20,000 nucleotides of DNA from an uncultured virus (IMG/VR IMGVR_UViG_3300009432_000017) (Duplodnaviria; Heunggongvirae; Uroviricota; Caudoviricetes; Schitoviridae). The notes beneath the pieces are model-generated. The model had not been told where the DNA came from. It saw only the letters and a program-made list of their open reading frames with translations, and ran no database searches. Made by a program: the position numbers and the translations under genes. Positions 16,999-20,000 of this stretch are shown here, in pieces (within the stretch, counting starts at the first letter, position 1; the number at the start of each line of letters is the position of its first letter). Where the stretch lies: IMG/VR virus record IMGVR_UViG_3300009432_000017; one strand, written 5' to 3'.

Positions 16999-17049
16999 AG
17001 ACAGTCCTTATATTTTTTAAATTAATGGGTTAAAGCAAACGGAGTTTGC

Positions 17050-17226
17050 CTAGTAAGATGGGATTTTTTTGAAGGTTAATTCTTTGGCTAGCTCTATTAA
17101 CACTAGGTGTTCATCAAATAAATATTTATCGAACTGCGAATAGGCTTGGTTTACGGTTACTGCTGCGAGGGTTTGGAACTGGTAATTAGTTTGGTTTACT
17201 GTTGCTTCACAATAATATTCTGTCAT
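17050..17226 (-). CDS. Hypothetical protein (58 aa)
   Basis: Not in the track; MTEYYCEATVNQTNYQFQTL...KKIPSY* with strong RBS AAGGAGGAG. Confidence 0.7.
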   Translation of the reverse strand: MTEYYCEATVNQTNYQFQTLAAVTVNQAYSQFDKYLFDEHLVLIELAKELTFKKIPSY

Positions 17227-17236
17227 TTACTCCTCC

Positions 17237-17362
17237 TTATTCTTTTCCTATGTTCTCTGAACACAGAATTAGGCACACTCCTAGCATTATGGTCACATCA
17301 CCTATTACAGCCATGCCTAATATAAATAGGAAAGCTTTAATTACTATTAATCCCCAGCTCAT
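17237..17362 (-). CDS. Small hydrophobic (membrane) protein (41 aa)
   Basis: Not in the track; ATGA overlap with the ligase stop; MSWGLIVIKAFLFILGMAVIGDVTIMLGVCLILCSENIGKE*. Confidence 0.6.
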   Translation of the reverse strand: MSWGLIVIKAFLFILGMAVIGDVTIMLGVCLILCSENIGKE

Positions 17363-18537
17363 ATGTCCTCTCGGATACGAAGAGCAACAGGCAGATACGG
17401 CGCACCATCAGGTGTCATGTTGAAAAACTTGACTGTCATGTACTTGCCAACGTTGCCATACAGTGTTCGTGCGTGAGCGTCTTTCTCATGCATATCACCT
17501 GGGGCAAGTACATCGAAATCCTTACCATCTTTCGTGCGGCATTTGTACATACCTACCTTCAGGTCGTGGCGTAGATTAGGCTTGCCTTCAAAAGCATGAA
17601 TGATTTCAAACTCAGCATCTTGGAAGTCTTTCATTTTCATGAGGGACTTAGAACGTTTACCTTCTTCGTAGCCTGTGTCCCCGTGGCGAACCATGGTGCC
17701 TTCGTACCCGTCACCTATGTTTTTCGCGTGAAACGAATCTAGCTCTGTTTGATTATTAAGGGTGTGCTGAGGCAGACACACCAAGGTGGGCGTCTCCTTT
17801 CCCCATGGTATTGCTAGATCGTTCCGTACATAGCGAGCTAGGGTGCTTATGTAATGGCGTCGTTCGGAGTAATGTGAGGCTAAAAAGTGTCCGTCACTCT
17901 TTAGCCCTATGGCGTCGTACATGTAGTAGAGTAGCCCGGCACTCTCTGGTTGAGGCTTTTTCACTAACGAACTTATTTGCTGTAGGGTTTCACCATGTTT
18001 GTAAACTTCTCCGTCCAGCGTATGACCCCCCCAGTATCCTCTGTCGTAAGCTTTCTGGAGTGTTTCGCGTATGTGCTCTAAACATATAGGTTTCCCCTGC
18101 CGGGAATACAACGCAACCAAACCGTCCACCACTGTGGCGAGCATCCGGTGTCCGTCTAACTTCGCGGAGGCGTACACAGGGAACTCCCATTTCTTCACCT
18201 TCTCTATGCTGGTTGCAAGCATCGGCTTGGCAAAACCTAATGAATTAGTGGCCTTAACCTGAGCTTCTTCAAGGGTTTTTACATAGCCTTCATCGAGCTT
18301 TTTGTTGTACTTAGATTCGGCTTCGGAGACTGCTTGCTCATAATGTGTGGTCTCGTTGGCGCGTCCTATATTTTTGCCTTTTGTGAACGCCGTATCGGTA
18401 ACTACAACTTTGCCACCGATTATTTTAGCGGCTGTTCTGCGTAGGATAGATAATGTACTGCCGTCCACATGAAGTACTTCTACCTCCCATGTACCAACCG
18501 TGCCATTTGTGTGTCTTTTGAATAAAATTTTGTTCAT
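17359..18537 (-). CDS. ATP-dependent DNA ligase
   Basis: KPMLA, motif I SAKLDGHR, motif III LDGEVY, YYMYDA, motif IV YEGTMVR, motif V LMKMK, C-terminal OB fold (DGAPYLPV). Confidence 0.92.
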   Translation of the reverse strand: MNKILFKRHTNGTVGTWEVEVLHVDGSTLSILRRTAAKIIGGKVVVTDTAFTKGKNIGRANETTHYEQAVSEAESKYNKKLDEGYVKTLEEAQVKATNSLGFAKPMLATSIEKVKKWEFPVYASAKLDGHRMLATVVDGLVALYSRQGKPICLEHIRETLQKAYDRGYWGGHTLDGEVYKHGETLQQISSLVKKPQPESAGLLYYMYDAIGLKSDGHFLASHYSERRHYISTLARYVRNDLAIPWGKETPTLVCLPQHTLNNQTELDSFHAKNIGDGYEGTMVRHGDTGYEEGKRSKSLMKMKDFQDAEFEIIHAFEGKPNLRHDLKVGMYKCRTKDGKDFDVLAPGDMHEKDAHARTLYGNVGKYMTVKFFNMTPDGAPYLPVALRIREDI

Positions 18538-18671
18538 GACTTTTCCTGCATGTAAAGGTCCATACCTTCATTTGAATATCGAGTAAGTAAGGCACTTGCC
18601 TCATCTTGCGTTAAGTACTGAGCGTATACGTTGTCGAAGTCGTCCACAATTTGCCACATTTGGTCAGTCAT
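18534..18671 (-). CDS. Hypothetical protein (45 aa)
   Basis: Not in the track; MTDQMWQIVDDFDNVYAQYL...QEKS*; RBS AGGAGG; ATGA overlaps at both ends. Confidence 0.7.
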   Translation of the reverse strand: MTDQMWQIVDDFDNVYAQYLTQDEASALLTRYSNEGMDLYMQEKS

Positions 18672-18856
18672 TGAATCCTCCTTACATCTGCTATGTAAAG
18701 TTCGCTCTTTTCTTCAGCTTTTTGTGCTATTAAGTGGGCGTATACTTCTTGGAAAGGTGTAAAAATACTACATGTAACGTAAACAGAGCCACACACGATA
18801 CCAACCTTGTCATATACATTTGCTGTATAGGCACGTTTAAAGAATGTCATTCGCAT
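18668..18856 (-). CDS. Hypothetical protein (62 aa)
   Basis: Fits the tightly packed minus-strand operon. Confidence 0.6.
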   Translation of the reverse strand: MRMTFFKRAYTANVYDKVGIVCGSVYVTCSIFTPFQEVYAHLIAQKAEEKSELYIADVRRIQ

Positions 18857-18862
18857 TGCCGC

Positions 18863-19126
18863 TTACCCTGCGTTAAATGAAGAGCATATAACTGAGCGTT
18901 GTGTTTTTTCTGAAGCTACTCCAATGAGTTCTACTGTTACGTCACTTGGGTAAACAACCCAATCCCCCATACTAAAGTTAATAGGTGTTTTCCTACCTAA
19001 TCGTCTTGACTTAATCCCATTAGGATGCATTACACGGGCTTTATCCGCATCTGGTGCTGCTACGATTGCTGAGTCATACGTGTCCCAGCCGGTGTTTACT
19101 GATTGACTTATTCTGTATAAATTCAT
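18863..19126 (-). CDS. Hypothetical phage protein (87 aa)
   Basis: RBS AAGGAG; ATGA-coupled; DTYDSAIVAA...AR..HP...SSFNAG pattern recalled from other phages. Confidence 0.75.
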   Translation of the reverse strand: MNLYRISQSVNTGWDTYDSAIVAAPDADKARVMHPNGIKSRRLGRKTPINFSMGDWVVYPSDVTVELIGVASEKTQRSVICSSFNAG

Positions 19127-19500
19127 CGCTCTTGCTCCTTTAGTGTCATTTCACGTATGTTTGCGCAAGCTGAAGTAATAACATGCCCCATGGGGAAATA
19201 AAACCTACTAGATGGTTCATCATAAACACCAACTTGGCCTACCTTTATGCCAACATAATCAAACATGTAAGCGTTGCCATTAATCAGGAATAAAGGTGCA
19301 TGTTTTATTGTGCCTTCAGGTACTCTGGGTATTTCTTTAATAAATAACCATTCTTGGCTACCTGTACAAAAAGGTTTACCATAGTTAGAATCAATATCTC
19401 TTAAGATATCGTAAGTCCAGCTTTTGCCGAGCGCACTAAACAAATAAGGCGCGCCAATCTCATAAACATTACCTTTATGAACCACTGTTTTATTTTCCAT
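19123..19500 (-). CDS. Hypothetical protein, paralog B of a tandem pair
   Basis: Shares MENKTV, IGAPYLFS, GTIKHAPLFLINGNAYMFD and NIREMT with 19501..19872. Confidence 0.8.
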   Translation of the reverse strand: MENKTVVHKGNVYEIGAPYLFSALGKSWTYDILRDIDSNYGKPFCTGSQEWLFIKEIPRVPEGTIKHAPLFLINGNAYMFDYVGIKVGQVGVYDEPSSRFYFPMGHVITSACANIREMTLKEQER

Positions 19501-19872
19501 CTAAGCGCCCTTCTTTACTGTCATTTCACGTATGTTTAACGGTTTGCCTTCAGGATAGTGGCCGTGCGGAGTTAGCATCCTTTTTGTAGTCTGTTGATAA
19601 ACTCCAATGATATCCGTATTAGGATGGTGATCAAACATGTAAGCATTGCCATTAATCAGGAATAAAGGTGCATGTTTTATCGTTCCATTAGTGCCGCTGG
19701 GTACTTCTTTTATATGATCCCAGACTTGTTCATTTGTACAGAAAGCTTTTTTATAATTGCAATCGACATCCGTTAAGATTCCATAAACCCACTCTTTGTC
19801 GCGTTCGCTAAATAAATAAGGCGCACCAATTTGATAAACCTTACCTTTATAAATCACTGTTTTATTTTCCAT
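19501..19872 (-). CDS. Hypothetical protein, paralog A of a tandem pair
   Basis: Same shared blocks as 19123..19500; start codons are 372 bp apart. Confidence 0.8.
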   Translation of the reverse strand: MENKTVIYKGKVYQIGAPYLFSERDKEWVYGILTDVDCNYKKAFCTNEQVWDHIKEVPSGTNGTIKHAPLFLINGNAYMFDHHPNTDIIGVYQQTTKRMLTPHGHYPEGKPLNIREMTVKKGA

Positions 19873-20000
19873 GTTTGACTTCTATGTGTTGCTTATTAAT
19901 AGTGTATTTCTTTATCTGTTTTCTTTTTTTGATATAACTAGCTAAGGCGTTGTTAGCTATTTTGAAAGGCCAAACTACAAGAAAGACACAAAGGCCAATG

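Noticed and set aside
6018..18262. Other overlapping ORFs (6018, 7460, 8028, 8474, 8948, 9972, 11047, 15271, 17202, 17805, 17990, 18071)
   Set aside because: Antisense or out-of-frame overlaps with better genes; no motifs or RBS.
19123..19872. Repeat pair as a DGR template/variable repeat or CRISPR array
   Set aside because: No reverse transcriptase in the window, no repeat-spacer periodicity, and both copies are whole coding paralogs.

Overview
This 20 kb window is the middle/replication region of an N4-like phage (Schitoviridae-type podovirus), with almost every gene on the minus strand. In transcription order (right to left): small accessory ORFs including a tandem paralog pair, ATP-dependent DNA ligase, MoxR-like AAA ATPase plus HEXXH/VWA partner, SF1 helicase, family A DNA polymerase, small ORFs (DUF6378-like, TraR/DksA-like Zn finger, HTH-Phd fusion), ThyX, a PD-(D/E)XK nuclease, primase, AAA_24 ATPase and the start of the SSB. 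N4-like phages are classically lytic, but a ~3.2 kb cassette (about 4200-7430) sits inside this replication module. It holds an AlpA-type excisionase, an intact P4-family tyrosine integrase (the only large plus-strand gene), an attP-like region with TGTTGGTACA arm-type repeats on a 12-bp lattice, a small frameshifted lipoprotein gene coupled to the integrase, and a RepL-like winged-helix gene next to a palindrome-rich AT-rich origin-like region. The best reading is a temperate N4-like phage in its unintegrated (attP) form, possibly able both to integrate and to persist as an episome. Family assignments come from recalled motifs and synteny, not from database searches.
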